Made by a program: the position numbers and the translations under genes. From Lama guanicoe (Eukaryota): a stretch of 64,000 nucleotides of DNA. The DNA lies in NCBI GenBank assembly GCA_013239625.1, contig MU053994.1, forward strand, positions 2,361,589 to 2,425,588, given 5' to 3'. This document shows, in pieces, positions 36,544 through 48,700 of this stretch; position 1 is the first letter of the stretch, and every line of letters starts with the position of its first letter. Below the pieces are notes generated by a model. The model made no database searches, was not told the DNA's origin, and was given only the letters and a program-made list of their open reading frames with translations.

Positions 36544-38838
36544 TTCTCACAACAACTCTGTATGAAAAGATTTCCTTTATTAGCAGCATAAGAAAACAGG
36601 CTGAGAAGGAGTTGCATAGGATGAGCCCAAGGTCACACAGTAAGCAGAGGAACTAGAACTCAGACCCAATCTCAGTAATGCCAAAGCTCAGGGGCTAACA
36701 TTTCAGTGTCCTTCTGGAAACCGACTCTCCCCGACGGAGCAAGCTCTCCACATTGGCACTCCTCTCCCCAAAGGGCAGAAACCTCGGACACTCCCAAAGA
36801 TCTGGCAACTTCTGCTGGGATGGGGTTCTTTAGCGAGGCCGCAGATGAAAGAGAACTTGCTGGAACAGGCTCGGGCAAGTGGGCAATGCCTCCGAAAGGG
36901 GTTTGGAAAGTGTTGTTGGTCCAGGGCTCAGGGAGGTTTGGAGAGAAAGTGCTATTGGCCGAAAGCCACAGCAACCACCTGGGAAAAGAAACTGGGTGTA
37001 TTATTTGTGTCACGCATAATAGGTGTGGATCCAGGCAGGGGTGACTGCTCTGGGGAATTTTTCAAGCTTTCACGTGAATGCTAACTAATTGCTCATTCTA
37101 GAAAACTAGAAGCCCCTCTCTCCTCTCACCTTTACCTTCAACCCCACTCTCCATCTCAACTTCTTGGCTTGCAAATCACCAATTAGGAGGCAACAGAAAC
37201 TACCAGCTGCTAATTAATACTAATTAACAGGGCTACTTAAAGTAAACACTATTTAAAACAGTCAAGTGTTTACCTATTACCGAGTTAGATTGGAAAGGTC
37301 ATGCCAAGTTTACATGGCTACCCTGATGGCCTTCCATCCATCACCTTTCTTTCCAGGCTCTTCCTTCCCCTCTGGCCACGGCATGTGTCACTCCGGTGTG
37401 TCTCCTCCTGAAGACGGAGACTCTGCCTTTCCGGATGTCATCAGCCGCCTTCTCCACTGTGCTTGGAATAAATGCTTTGGTGGAGACAGAGGACGTTGAA
37501 GTAAGTCTGCTGGGGATGCTGGTGGTGTTAGAAAACCTCGCAGGGTCTTCTGAAGGTGGTCTCGGGGGTCTGGGTCTTGCAGTTCAATCTGGACAATCTC
37601 ACCTCCAAACCCTCCTGTGTGCGAGAGTTTTTGTACATCGAAGTGAAGTCAAATCAGAGACATCCACTAAATGTTTCTGGCTGTCCAGGCACTTGGGGGA
37701 ATTGCACTTCCTGGTTTGCTGTGGTTGAGTGAAGCCGTGGGACTGGTTGTGACCAATGAGCTATGAGCAGGAAGTGACCTTGCTTTCCCTCTGCCACGAT
37801 GTATGGCAATCTTCTAAATAGCAGCCCATCCACCTGTGTCATGGATGAGGACCAGATAACACAGAACCCCTCAGCCAACCCTAAATGGGCATATTGTGTG
37901 TGTGTAAACAAATAATTCTTTGTTGTGTTAAGTCACTGAAAATTTAGGGGATCATTTATTACCGCACCAGAACCTTGCATGCGCCACAGTAGTTCTTAAC
38001 TTCCTAGTGTTTTGGATCCATTTTCCAATTTGGGAATTCTTGTTAACATACTCGAAGGGATTAGAAATCTCATAGGACACTAAATAAGTCAACAGTGGGC
38101 ACAAGTAACTCCCTATCTCAGTTTTTCAACGTCTTTACAGGCACCCACAGCTATCATTCTTCACCTCTGCGCCCTTGGCATCCGTAAGCGCTCATCCATT
38201 CCAGATAATCACCATTTCCTTAGAGCTGGCTTGCTGTACGCTCCCCCCCTTTCCCATGCTTGCAACCTGAATGCCTGACCTGCTTAGAACAATGTTCCAT
38301 CTGACCTGGCGCCAGGAGAGTTTCACTCTCCATCATTACTCAGCTGTCACGTGAGAACGCACCTATTCCCACAGGCAGCAGCGGCCACCCAGTAAACTTC
38401 CAGGCAAACGATCCTGGAGATCGCAGGAAAGAAAGGCTCCCAAACCCAGATAAAGAGCTCGAATCGCACAGGGTAGTGAAGCAACCGGAAACACACAGTG
38501 AGAAGCAAAGAGCGATGGGGCAGATTCAAACACTTAGGGCAGGATACAGGTGGGCAGAAGGACCACATTACCTGCATCCTGGGGTAAGCAGTGCTCTGTC
38601 TCTCTGCTGCCTTCGCCTTCCCCGCTGATGGTGTGGGTACGAGACCACAGTTGAGGTTTGAGGTGCACAGAAGTCTGCAAGGTGCCTGGGGCCAGTGATG
38701 CGCTCATGCTCTATTGGAGGGACCCAGAGACAGCGTGCCGGCCACGGCTGCCCGGCCCCAATTAGCCTGAGGAGCCGCCTAAGTTATTTGCATTTCTTGG
38801 ACACATGGGGCCAGAATGAGCGTTACCAATGGGTGGCT

Positions 38839-38982
38839 GAATATTGAATGCCTCATATGCCTCATGTATATTTAGTTTATCATGAATATTTAGTGCCTCA
38901 GGTGCCTTAAATATATTTACTGCCTCATGAATATTTCGTGTCTCTTGTATATTTAGTATATTTAGTGCCTCATGAATATTAG
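38839..38982. repeat. Degenerate ~18-bp tandem repeat (tgcctcatgaatatttag)
   Basis: Recurrent tgcctcatgtatatttag / tcatgaatatttagtgcctca / tgcctcatgaatatttcg / tgcctcatgaatattagg units. Confidence 0.75.
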
Positions 38983-40084
38983 GACTCTCTTATGCCTCCA
39001 TCTCTTTTTATCTCTGTTCACCTATATGCTCCACGTATCTGTGTACCGTTTCTCCCCAGTTACTAACTTACTTATCAATGACAAATTTCATCCAGCCCAC
39101 TTGTTTACTTGTCTTCTATGGCAGAATGGAATATTCTCAAACAGTGCAGCAAATACACATTTGCTACCATGTTAGTGGTAGCAAAAACTAAATGGTCTGT
39201 CTTGGTCAGAACTTTCTTCTGTGACGTCCATGGGCTGTTTCAGTCCACGGCCCAGGCATTTTCCATGCATATCTCATATAATCTGCACACCAAGCCAGCA
39301 AGGTAGGCTTTCTTACTCTTACTTTCCACATGAGGACATTGAAACACAGAGAGGTTTAGAAACTTGCCAGAGGCCACACAGCTGGTAAGAAGCACAGTCA
39401 GAACTTGAACTCGGATCTGTTGACTGTTCTCTGACATCGTGCTTTGAGGCTTCTGTCTCCACTGGTTGCTTGATAATGTTCTGCATCAGCTTGATGCTTC
39501 CCATCTTGTCACCTTCACAGCCTCCACTCTGGACCAGGCTGCTAGCACCACTGACTGGGCGATTGCATTACCTGACTCTGCCTCTCCTCCCCCTCCCACT
39601 AATCCAGTCCATACATGGTTTCCAGAGAAACCACTGAACAACAGAAATCTGACTACATCACATCCCTATTTAAATTCTCCAGTAGCTTCCCACTGTTTTC
39701 CAAATAAAGATCCCAGCCCTCACCATGACCTATGGCTTCCTTACTACAAAGCCAACACGGTCTGGCCCCTGCTGACCACCCCAGCCTCTCTCTCACTCTG
39801 TCCCCTTCACTGTCTTCCGACCATACACATATCTATCAATTCTCAAATATGCCACATTACTTCTCATCACAGGACATTTGCACATGCTGTTCCCTCTAAA
39901 ATGCTTTTCCTTTCCTTCTTCCTTCTCTATGTAGTTAATGCCCACTTGTCCTCATATCTCAGCTTGTGTGACCCTTCCTCCAAGAAATTCTCCTGGCCCC
40001 TATGGTCTAGTCTAGGTCAGTTTCCTAGTTTACAAATTCTTTCCCTTCAGAGGACTGGTATCAGTTATAAGGACTGTTTTCAGT

Positions 40085-40268
40085 TATATGATTTTTTTAT
40101 TATTATATAACATTTATTATTATATTTATTATGTATTATATTTTATATATTAGTATATAATTATATATTATATAATATAATGTATTTTATATAATGTTAC
40201 TTATATATTATTATATTGTTATTTTTAATATACTCTTATATAACATTTTTAATATTATATATAATATT
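40085..40268. repeat. AT-rich low-complexity (TAT/TA)n tract
   Basis: Almost pure A/T sequence of tattatata units. Confidence 0.9.
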
Positions 40269-41129
40269 TTTTAAACATTTTTTATTGAGTTATAGTCAGT
40301 TTACAATGTTGTGTCAAATTCCAGTGTAGAGCACAATTTTTCAGTTATACATGAACACACGTATATTCATTGTCACCTTTGTTTTTTCGCTGTGAGCTAC
40401 CACAAGATCTTGTATATATTTCCCTGTGCTATACAGTATAATCTTGTTTCTCTATTCTACATATGCCTGTCAGTATCTACAAATTTTGAACGCCCAGTCT
40501 ATCCCTTCCCACACCCCAACCTTGGCAACCACAAGTTTGTATTCTATGTCTATGAGTCTATTTCTGTTCTGTGTTTATGTTTTTTTGTTTGTTTGTTTGT
40601 TTTAGATTCCACATATCAGTGATCTCATATGGTATTTTTCTTTCTCTTTCTGGCTTACTTCACTTAGAATGACATTCTCCAGGAACACCCATGTTGCTGC
40701 AAATGGCGTTATGTTGTTGGTTTTTATGGCTGAATAGTATTCCATTGTATAACTATACCACCTCTTCTTGATCCAGTCATCTGTTGATGGACATTTAGGC
40801 TGTTTCCATGTCTTGGCAATTGTAAATAGTGCTGCTATGAACATTGGTGTGCAGGTGTCTTTTTGAAGTAGGGTTCCTTCTGGATAGATGCCCAGGAGTG
40901 GGATTCCTGGGTCATACGGTAAGTCTATTCCTAGCCTTTTGAGGAATCTCCGTACTATTTTCCACAGTGGCTGCACCAAACTGCATTCCCACCAGCAGTG
41001 TAGGAGGGCTCCCTTTTCTCCACAGCCTCTCCAGCATTTGTCATTTGTGGACTTTTGAATGACGGTCATTCTGACTGGTGTGAGGTGATACCTCATTGTA
41101 GTTTTGATTTGCATTTCTCTGATAATTAG
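40269..41129 (-). mobile_element. 5'-truncated young LINE-1 (ORF2 C-terminus + 3'UTR)
   Basis: ORF 40602..41114 is an uninterrupted L1 ORF2 C-terminus ([13 protein letters not shown]...MEYYSAIK...SLICGI*); TSD atattatatataatatt at 40252-40268 and 41130-41146. Confidence 0.95.
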
Positions 41130-41611
41130 ATATTATATATAATATTATATCATTATATCTGTACTGGTATAATTATTTACTAGCCTCTTCCCTGACCTGG
41201 AAATGCTCTGAGATCAGGGACATTAGGCCTTTGCTCCCCACTGTGTCTCTAGTGCCCTCTCTATAGGTAACTATTGTTGTCAACATAGATTCTTTTCTTA
41301 ATGATATTGCCAGAACCCCAGCCCTGGGACATCCTCAGCGAGCAGTCCTTTTCTCATGAAGGAGAGGACTACCTCTTTGCCTTACCTGGAAACCAAAACT
41401 GATGGCCATCTGTGTAGTATGACCTCAAGTGGCCTCAGAAGTACCCTCCCTCCCATTACTCTGCTGGAAAATTCCATGACAAAAGCATGCCTTTGGGATA
41501 GAGTCTTCTGTGAAAATTCAAACCTCTCTGAGAGAACTTTTGCATAAAGTCATGTGACCTACTGGCCTACTGTATGCCAGAGACCGCACTAAGACCTTAC
41601 CACCCCTAAGG

Positions 41612-42165
41612 CATGTCAGTTATCTCTTGCTGCGTAACAAATGACCCCAAAACTTAGAGGCTTCAAACAACATATGTTTATTACTTCAAGATTCTGTGGG
41701 TCAGGAACCCAGTTGTGGTCTAACTGGGTGCCTCTACCTCAGGGTCCCTTGTGAGACTGCAGTCAAGTTATCGGCCAGAGCCAGAGGCTCTACTGGGTGG
41801 AGGTTGGGGGAGAAGAATCCACTTCCAAGCTCACCCACATGGCTGGTGCCGGCCTTGAGTCCTCACTGGCTATTGGCTGGAGACATCAGGTCCTCACCAC
41901 GTGAGCCTTCCCAAAGGCAGCTCACAACATGGCAGCTGGCTTCCCTCAGAGTGACTGAGCAAGAGAATGTGGGCAAGATGGCCACCAAGTCTTTCTATAG
42001 CCTAATCCCAGAGGTGACATCTCAGCATTCCTGCTGTATTCTGTTTATATTCATTGAAAGTGAGTCAACAGGTCTGACTAACACTCAAGGGGAGAAGATT
42101 ATGCAAGAGCATGAATACCAGGAGATGAAGGTCATGGGAGCCATTGTAGAGGCTTCCCACCACAT
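41612..42165 (-). mobile_element. MLT1F/G-like LTR
   Basis: gtcagttatctcttgctgcgtaacaaatgaccccaaaacttag...gattctgtgggtcaggaa...gaatccacttccaagctcac. Confidence 0.8.
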
Positions 42166-42250
42166 ATCAGTTATCTTATTCTCCCAGCAGCCTTGTAAGG
42201 GACTTTTGTCTTCATTTCAAAGGGGAAAAAGCTGGTTCAGGGAGGTTAAG

Positions 42251-42864
42251 TGTGATGGTTAAATTTTACGTGTCAACTTGTCTAGGCTATGGTACTCAGC
42301 TGTTTGGTCAAACACCACTCTAGATGTTGCTCCAAAGGTATTATGTAGACGTGGTTAACATTTCCAATCAGTTGACCTTAAGTAAAGGAAGTTACCCTTG
42401 ATAATGTGGGTGGGCCTCATCCAATCAGTTGAAGGCCTTAAGAGTAAACACTGAGTTTTCCTAAAGAAGAAAGAATGCTGCCCCAAGCCTGGAGCATAGA
42501 AATCCTGCCAGAGTTTCCAGCCTGCTGGCCTGCCCTGTAGATTTCAGCGACAAGACTACAGCGTAAGCTCCTATCTGAGTTTCCAGTCTGTCAGCCTCTC
42601 TATGAATTTCAGACTCCAGACTGCAACATCAATTCTTGCCTGCGTTTCTAACCTACTGGCCTGCCCTACAAATTTCAGACTTGTCGGTCCCTACAATCAT
42701 GTGCTCCAATTCCTTAAAATAAATCTCTTTATAGATATAAATATAAGTAAATTTAAATATCTGTATCTATATCTAGATACCTAGATAGTTATCTATATCT
42801 ATCTATTTATCTATCTCTCTCTCCCTCCTATTGATTCTATTTCTCTGGAGAACCTACTGATACA
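42251..42864 (+). mobile_element. MLT2B/C-like ERVL LTR inserted in a MIR
   Basis: tgtgatggttaaattttacgtgtcaacttg...gtgggcctcatccaatcagttgaaggcc...ctattgattctatttctctggagaacc...taca. Confidence 0.88.
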
Positions 42865-42966
42865 ATAAATTTTCCCAAGTCATATAGTAAGGGGCAAAGC
42901 AAGGAGGTGAAGAAAGAAGGTGAGAGCATAAAGCAGTCATTCAGTCAACAAATATCTACTGAATAA

Positions 42967-43557
42967 TGTGACAGATTGTGTTTTCCAAAGATGGCCACCA
43001 CAGCATTATCCCCACCCTCATCCGCTTCCTATAATATGACGTTGAGAATTCTCCCAGGCAGGTATGGACTCTGTGTTCTCTTCCCTTGAATCTGGGTGGG
43101 TATGTAAATACACAGGAGGGACACTATTTGATTTCTGAGCCTTTGTCTTAAAAAATGACACCACTTTGCCTACCCTTCTTGAAATATTTACACTTGGAAC
43201 TTGGCAGCCATGCTGTGAGGCAGCTCGAGTTAGCCCACGTGGAGAGAGCCTGGCCGAGGCCATGTGGAGGTAAAGTGTTCTAGCTGACAGTCTAGCTGGG
43301 GTCCCAGTCAGCAGTTGGCATCAGTCACCAGACAGGTGAGTGTACAAGCCTTCAGACAATTCCAGCATCAGCTTTGAGTCTTCCCAGCAGAGATCCCAGC
43401 CATTCTGGAGCAGAGACAAGCTGCCCCTGCTATGTGTTGTCTGAATTCATGACACACAGAAACCTTGAAGGGTTTAAAAAAAAAAAAAGATTGTTGCTGT
43501 TTTAAGTCACTAAGTTTAGGGGTGATGTGTTACACAATCATAGAAACTGGAATGTCT
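42967..43557 (+). mobile_element. MLT1G/H-like LTR
   Basis: tgtgacagattgtgttttccaaagatggcc...tgttttaagtcactaagtttaggggtg. Confidence 0.8.
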
Positions 43558-43644
43558 GACCCTACATCAGGTCCTGTTGGAGGTCCAAGGGATATACTGA
43601 TGAGCAAGATAAATCTGGTCCAGTGGAGTTTTGTTTTAGGCAGT

Positions 43645-43995
43645 TTGTGTGGCTATAACTCAATACCACCAACTGGGTGACTTAAACAATAGACATTTAG
43701 TTCTCACAGTTCTGGAGCGTGAGAAGTCCAAGATCAAGGTTCTGGCCAATTCAGTTCCTAGTGAGGACTCTTCCTGGCTTGCAGATAGCTGTCTTTCTGC
43801 TGCGTCTTCACATGGCAAAGAGAAAGAAAGAGTCTCTCTGGTGTCTCTGATTATAAGGGTGCTAATCCCATCATGAGGTTTCACTTTCATGACCTAATCA
43901 CCCCCAAAAGACCCCCACCTCCAATATCATCACATTAGGGGTTAGGGCTTCATCATATGACTTTGAGGGGGACATAAACATTCAGTTGATAACAA
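43645..43995 (-). mobile_element. MLT1A-like LTR
   Basis: ggctataactcaataccac...ctcacagttctggag...gaagtccaagatcaagg...gggggacataaacattcag. Confidence 0.85.
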
Positions 43996-45171
43996 GTTTA
44001 CATACCCAGTGAGGGAGACAGTTCATAGTCACATAAACAAATAGGTAAATAACTTATCAATGCTATTAAGAAAATAAAACAGGGTGATGTGTTCTAGAGG
44101 TACTATTCAAGGTAGAGTGGTCAGGGAAGGCTTCTCAGAGGTGGTGCCATGTGGGTTGAGATGTGAATGATGGGGAGAGGCAGATGAGCAAAGAGCAGGG
44201 GAAAGGCATTCCCAGCTGAAGGCACCCCAAGTTCAAGGCTCGAACCAAGGCCAAAGTTGAATGGGGGCTCTTTGAGGGATGTCAGCCAAGGGCTCCAGGA
44301 GTCTGGCAGAGGTGGGCTCCACTGCCCGAGGCAGGGATAGGAAACTTCATTGGTTGAGAATAAAGTGCCAGGACTCCTTTGTGTGTCCCCTCACAGTCAA
44401 CCTGTGGGTGGGTGGGTTGGGGGTACTGGGAGGGGTCAGCGCGAGCTGCCTCGGAGTTGGTCCAGCCCCGTGCAAAGCCTGCCCTGTGTTGAGCTGACCT
44501 CCACTCCAGGCCGTGGTAGGAGGTGGGGGTGGGGTGGCAGAGGGAGGCTCTCGAATATCAATGGGCTCTTTCTCCTTTCGGTAAGCTCAGCAGAGCCCTG
44601 CCCTTTGTCTGGGGCCCCTGCTCCCAGGGAAGATCTCATAAAGGGCCTCGAGCAGCAGGCCGGAGCTGAGGATGGGGCAACCAGGGCTGTCCTCACAAAG
44701 GCAGGGTGAGGGGGTTAAAGCCCAGTGTCAGCTGCTCAGAATCTCGTCCCTGTTTCTGCTTTTGTTGCTTCTGGTCACAGGCCTGATATCTGATGGGGGC
44801 CCCTCTGCAATTAACTACAGAAGAAACTCCGCTGGGGGACGACAAGGCTGGCCTTGGCCAAGGTTACAATGGACTGGCGAGCCCTGTTAGAGGGGGCCCA
44901 CAGGGGAGGGCTCTGAAGGTCCTGATTGCCCGGTCTCTGGGTTCCCAGACTCCCAGCTCCACGGGCTCCTCGGAGCTCATCAGTTTGTATCTCAGATTCC
45001 CGATGTCTCAGGCAAGGAATCTACAACTGCCTGCTCTTGGAGTTTTGGGGGAAGGACCTTGCCACGTGGAGATACTGCTGGGGGATGGAGGCAGCTTCAC
45101 ACCTAGACTCTCCAGGAATGGTGAATGAATGCACTAATATTGCACATCCCCATCAATAGGAGAAGTATAGT

Positions 45172-45296
45172 GGGGAGGGTATAGCTCAAGTGGTAGAGCA
45201 CATGCTTAACATGCAGGAGGGTTCAATCCCCAGTACCTCCTCTAAGAATAAATAAATAAGTAAACCTAATTACCTCCTCCCACCAAAAAAAAAAAA
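45172..45296 (+). mobile_element. tRNA-Ala-derived SINE (Vic-1-like)
   Basis: ggggagggtatagctcaagtggtagagcacatgc...gttcaatccccagtacctcc...taaacctaattacctcc + poly(A); TSD ggagaagtata at 45159-45169 and 45299-45309. Confidence 0.92.
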
Positions 45297-45319
45297 TTGG
45301 AGAAGTATAAAGTGTAATT

Positions 45320-45920
45320 TAGTCATGCAATCAAATACTACACAGCAATATAAAAGAATATATAAAGCAATATAAAAGAATGTAATATAATTTATATATT
45401 TATATATATTCTTTATAAATAAAATACATAAATATTTTTATTTTTATAGTTTACATAATATATATAAAATATGTATGATACGCATTTATAGTTTATATTT
45501 CTGTATTAAATATATAATCTTTGTATATATAAAATTATATATTCTTATATATATTTTATATATTCTTTGTATATAAAAATATATTCTTTATATATGAAAG
45601 AATGTATAAAGAGTTCAATAACATGAACGAATCCTACAGACATCATGTTGCTTGAAAGAAGTCACAGTAAAATCCTGTTGAATTCCATTTATAAGAAGCT
45701 CATGGACAGGCAAAACCAACATGTTGCTTGAAAGAAGTCACAGGGCACGAGAGAACCTTCTGGGGCAGGTGCTGGAACTGTTCTAAATCGTAATCCAGGT
45801 GATAGTGATGGTTACATACATCTATACACACATACAAGTTCATTGAGCTGAACATTTAGGATCTGTGCACTGAACCATATACATGTTACACTTCAAGAAA
45901 AAAATGAAAATTAAAAATGA
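45320..45920 (+). mobile_element. Old L1 (L1MC/ME-type) 3' end with an AT-rich expansion (~45350-45610)
   Basis: aaatactacacagcaat...catgaacgaatcc...ttccatttataagaag...gttcattgagctgaacatttaggatctgtgcac. Confidence 0.7.
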
Positions 45921-47804
45921 CCTGTCCAAGGGGAGCTCTGCTTACCGCCCCCCTCCCATACACCCTGCTGCACGAGTCTGAGCAAAGTGCTTAACTAGCC
46001 CAGGGGTGATTGTATGGACTATTCAGGGAGCCGGGTTTCGGCTATACTGAGGATTTCAAGCCACATTCTCAAAAGGAGACTTTGGCTGGCACCTGGCCCC
46101 TCAAGTCTGTTCTCCTCCTGTCCACAGCGCTATGGTCGCAGGAGGTGGCATAGGGGGGCTGCCCTGGAGCACAGCAGCCAGAAAGCCCTTGGACCAATTA
46201 CTAATCCTCCTTGCAGCGCCTCAACTCACATAGATGGGGGCCAGGAGCCTAGACTGTCTTCGTGGAGTCACCTTTGCTCGTGTTTTCTCCACCGCTTCCT
46301 CCTTGCAACCAAAAGCTGGCTATGGCTACAGGACCACAGCCTTCCCCGTGCAGCTCCTACACTTTGCTAATTTGGCTTCCTGAACACACTTACGGGTTTG
46401 ATTGAATCTCTGGGCTTTCACCGGCTTGTCCCTCTCAACTTGGATTATCTTCCCTCCATATAATCTGCTCACTGCAGACACACAGCTCCACAAACTGACG
46501 CCTCTCCAGAAGGAACTCTGGGCTGACCTGTTCCTGAGTAGCTTGGGGAGGTCCCGAGTGTTGCTTTGCCTCTTGAAGCCGACAGGAAATGAAGTACTAA
46601 AATCCAAAGGCATGGGTGAATGACTCGCTCAGCAAACGACTCTTCCACCAGCCCTGAGAGCTCAGGCAGGACTAGGAAGCAGAGAACTTTGTCCAAGCGG
46701 GCCTGATATTTACAAGGGCCACGGATACCAGCACACGAGCATCCTGGAGAAGGATGATGGAGATAGACGGTCTTCCTCAAATGTCTCTGCAGAATCGACC
46801 ATCTCACCACTGTAATCCCACCAGTCTGGGGTTCAATACGAATCTGGAAGTATTTCTCCTGAGAACTTACCTAAGAAATACACAACACAGTTCCTACCGC
46901 TGGAGCACCTCAACATTTATTGAATGAGAAAAATGGATAGATGACTTCCAATTAGCCATTGGAATGATTGAGCACACACACATACCTCCACTGTATCTCC
47001 CAAAGCCCTCACTAAAATAACAGTAATGGGATTTTTAAAGAAGGATTTAAATCCGTAAAGATAAAAAAAAAAATGAGAGGAAAATACAACCATTGAAGGA
47101 TGTCATCAACATTTTTGAAACCAAGCCGGAAAGCAAATGGACAAGAGGTAACTGACGTAGCCGACTGGAGAACTTTGAAGGCCGAAAGCCTGTGGGGTTA
47201 GAAGCTTCAGGAAGCAAGCTGATTCGAGCAGTAGAACCCAAGAAAGGCTGAGGAAATGGGGGCACCAGGTCCTGCAGAAGGTACAGATGGGCTGAAAACA
47301 GGGCTTTTGGCATGTCTGTTGAAGAAACGATGAACCTGGAAAGCATGGGATTCAGAAAACTGGTGATCCCACATATTGGAGAGGGGCCAGGAGAATTCTC
47401 ACTCGGATGCTTAGGGGAGATCGCGGGGGCATCGCTGAGCAGCAGACCCAGAGCAAAAGCCAGGACGACCGTAGTAGGAGCGCGCAGGATTCTGGGACAG
47501 GATCTCAAAGAAAAAAGCACAAAGAAGCCAAAGAGTTTATTTGAATGTATCCAGAAGCTAAACAAACGAAAAGGGGGTAAGAGATAAATATTAACTCTAA
47601 GGAAAAGAAAAGTTTGTACAGTAAAGGACATGTGTTCCAAGCGTATTACATGACATGGCAGTGAATACATTTACATACTTATAAGCAGTGAATATTGACT
47701 TAACAAAAAAAAAGTGATCTAATTTTATCAGGAGAATAGGCACAAGAGACAGTGTAGGTATGACTAGAGGGGAGTTAAATTTGATTTTCAAGTAAAATAC
47801 CAAT

Positions 47805-48220
47805 GGTGGATTTGCTTTCTAGGGCTGCCACACAATGGACCACAAACTGAGTGGCTTAAAAATCAAAAATGTATCATCTCACAGATCTGGAAGCTAGAAG
47901 TCCAAGATTAAGGTGTCGGCAGGGCCACACTCCCTCTGAAGGCGCTAGGAAAGGCTCTGTTTCAGGGCTCAGCTTCTGATGGTTCTTTGGCTTGTGCAGC
48001 ATAACTCGTCTTCACATGCTATTCTCCTTGTGTGCGTGTCTGTGCCCAAATTCCCCCCTTCTTATAAGGATACTAGTCACATTGGATTAGGGTCCACCCT
48101 AATGACTTCATCTTAACTTGATCATCTGCAAAGACCCTATTTCCAAACTTGGTCACCTTCACAGGTACTGGGGATTAGGGCTTCAGCATCTTTTGGAGGG
48201 GACACAATTCAACCGATAAG
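47805..48220 (-). mobile_element. MLT1B/C-like LTR
   Basis: ctagggctgcc...accacaaactgagtggcttaaa...gaagtccaagattaaggtgtcggcagggcc...gggacacaattcaacc. Confidence 0.85.
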
Positions 48221-48519
48221 AGATGGATAACGTCTAGGATTAATATATCAAGAAATAACAGCATCAGCGCGCTATTTAGAAATAAGAAGGTCAATATGAG
48301 AAGAAACAGAGTGGAAAGTGGTTCCTTGTGGGTGGCAGAAATTGGGGTGGAGCCAAGTGAGCTGCCGCTTTTTCTTTATAAGCCTGAAAGGACTGCCCAA
48401 CTATTGAAAACATGCACATTTCTCACCCACCTCGATTATCACACTCATCACGTGTCATTACAATATGATTACTCATCTGGGGTCCACACAGGACCATAAA
48501 CTCCTGCGGGCTGATACCA

Positions 48520-48700
48520 ATCATAGCCAATATTTACATAATACTTACTGTGTGCCCCGAACCCCACTATTCTAAACAGCTCACGACAACCCTGTGAAAA
48601 GGTACTGTTATTATCCACCATTTCAGATGGCAAAACTGAGGCACAGAGAAGTGAAGTGATTTGCCCAAGGTCACACAGCTAACTGGAAGAGCCTGGATTA
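48520..48700 (-). mobile_element. MIR SINE
   Basis: cagatggcaaaactgaggcacagagaagtgaagtgatttgcccaaggtcacacagct. Confidence 0.85.

Larger units (their letters stand above)
39490..41270 (+). mobile_element. L2 LINE fragment, interrupted by an AT-rich tract and a young L1
   Basis: aggacatttgcacatgctgttccctct...ccttcctccaagaaattctcc; resumes after 41150 (ccccactgtgtctctagtgcc). Confidence 0.65.

Noticed and set aside
38839..38982. CRISPR-like array
   Set aside because: Units are adjacent and degenerate without unique spacers, there are no cas genes, and the context is mammalian.
39466..40110. 214-aa ORF, the longest in the window
   Set aside because: Lies in a decayed L2 element, starts at a non-ATG codon and has no recognisable intact domain.
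46930..47800. 207-aa minus-strand ORF (47047..47670) and surrounding A-rich sequence
   Set aside because: Translation is Leu/Phe/Ser-rich, as expected antisense to purine-rich DNA; the region looks like an old L1/HAL1-type remnant but I cannot assign it confidently.
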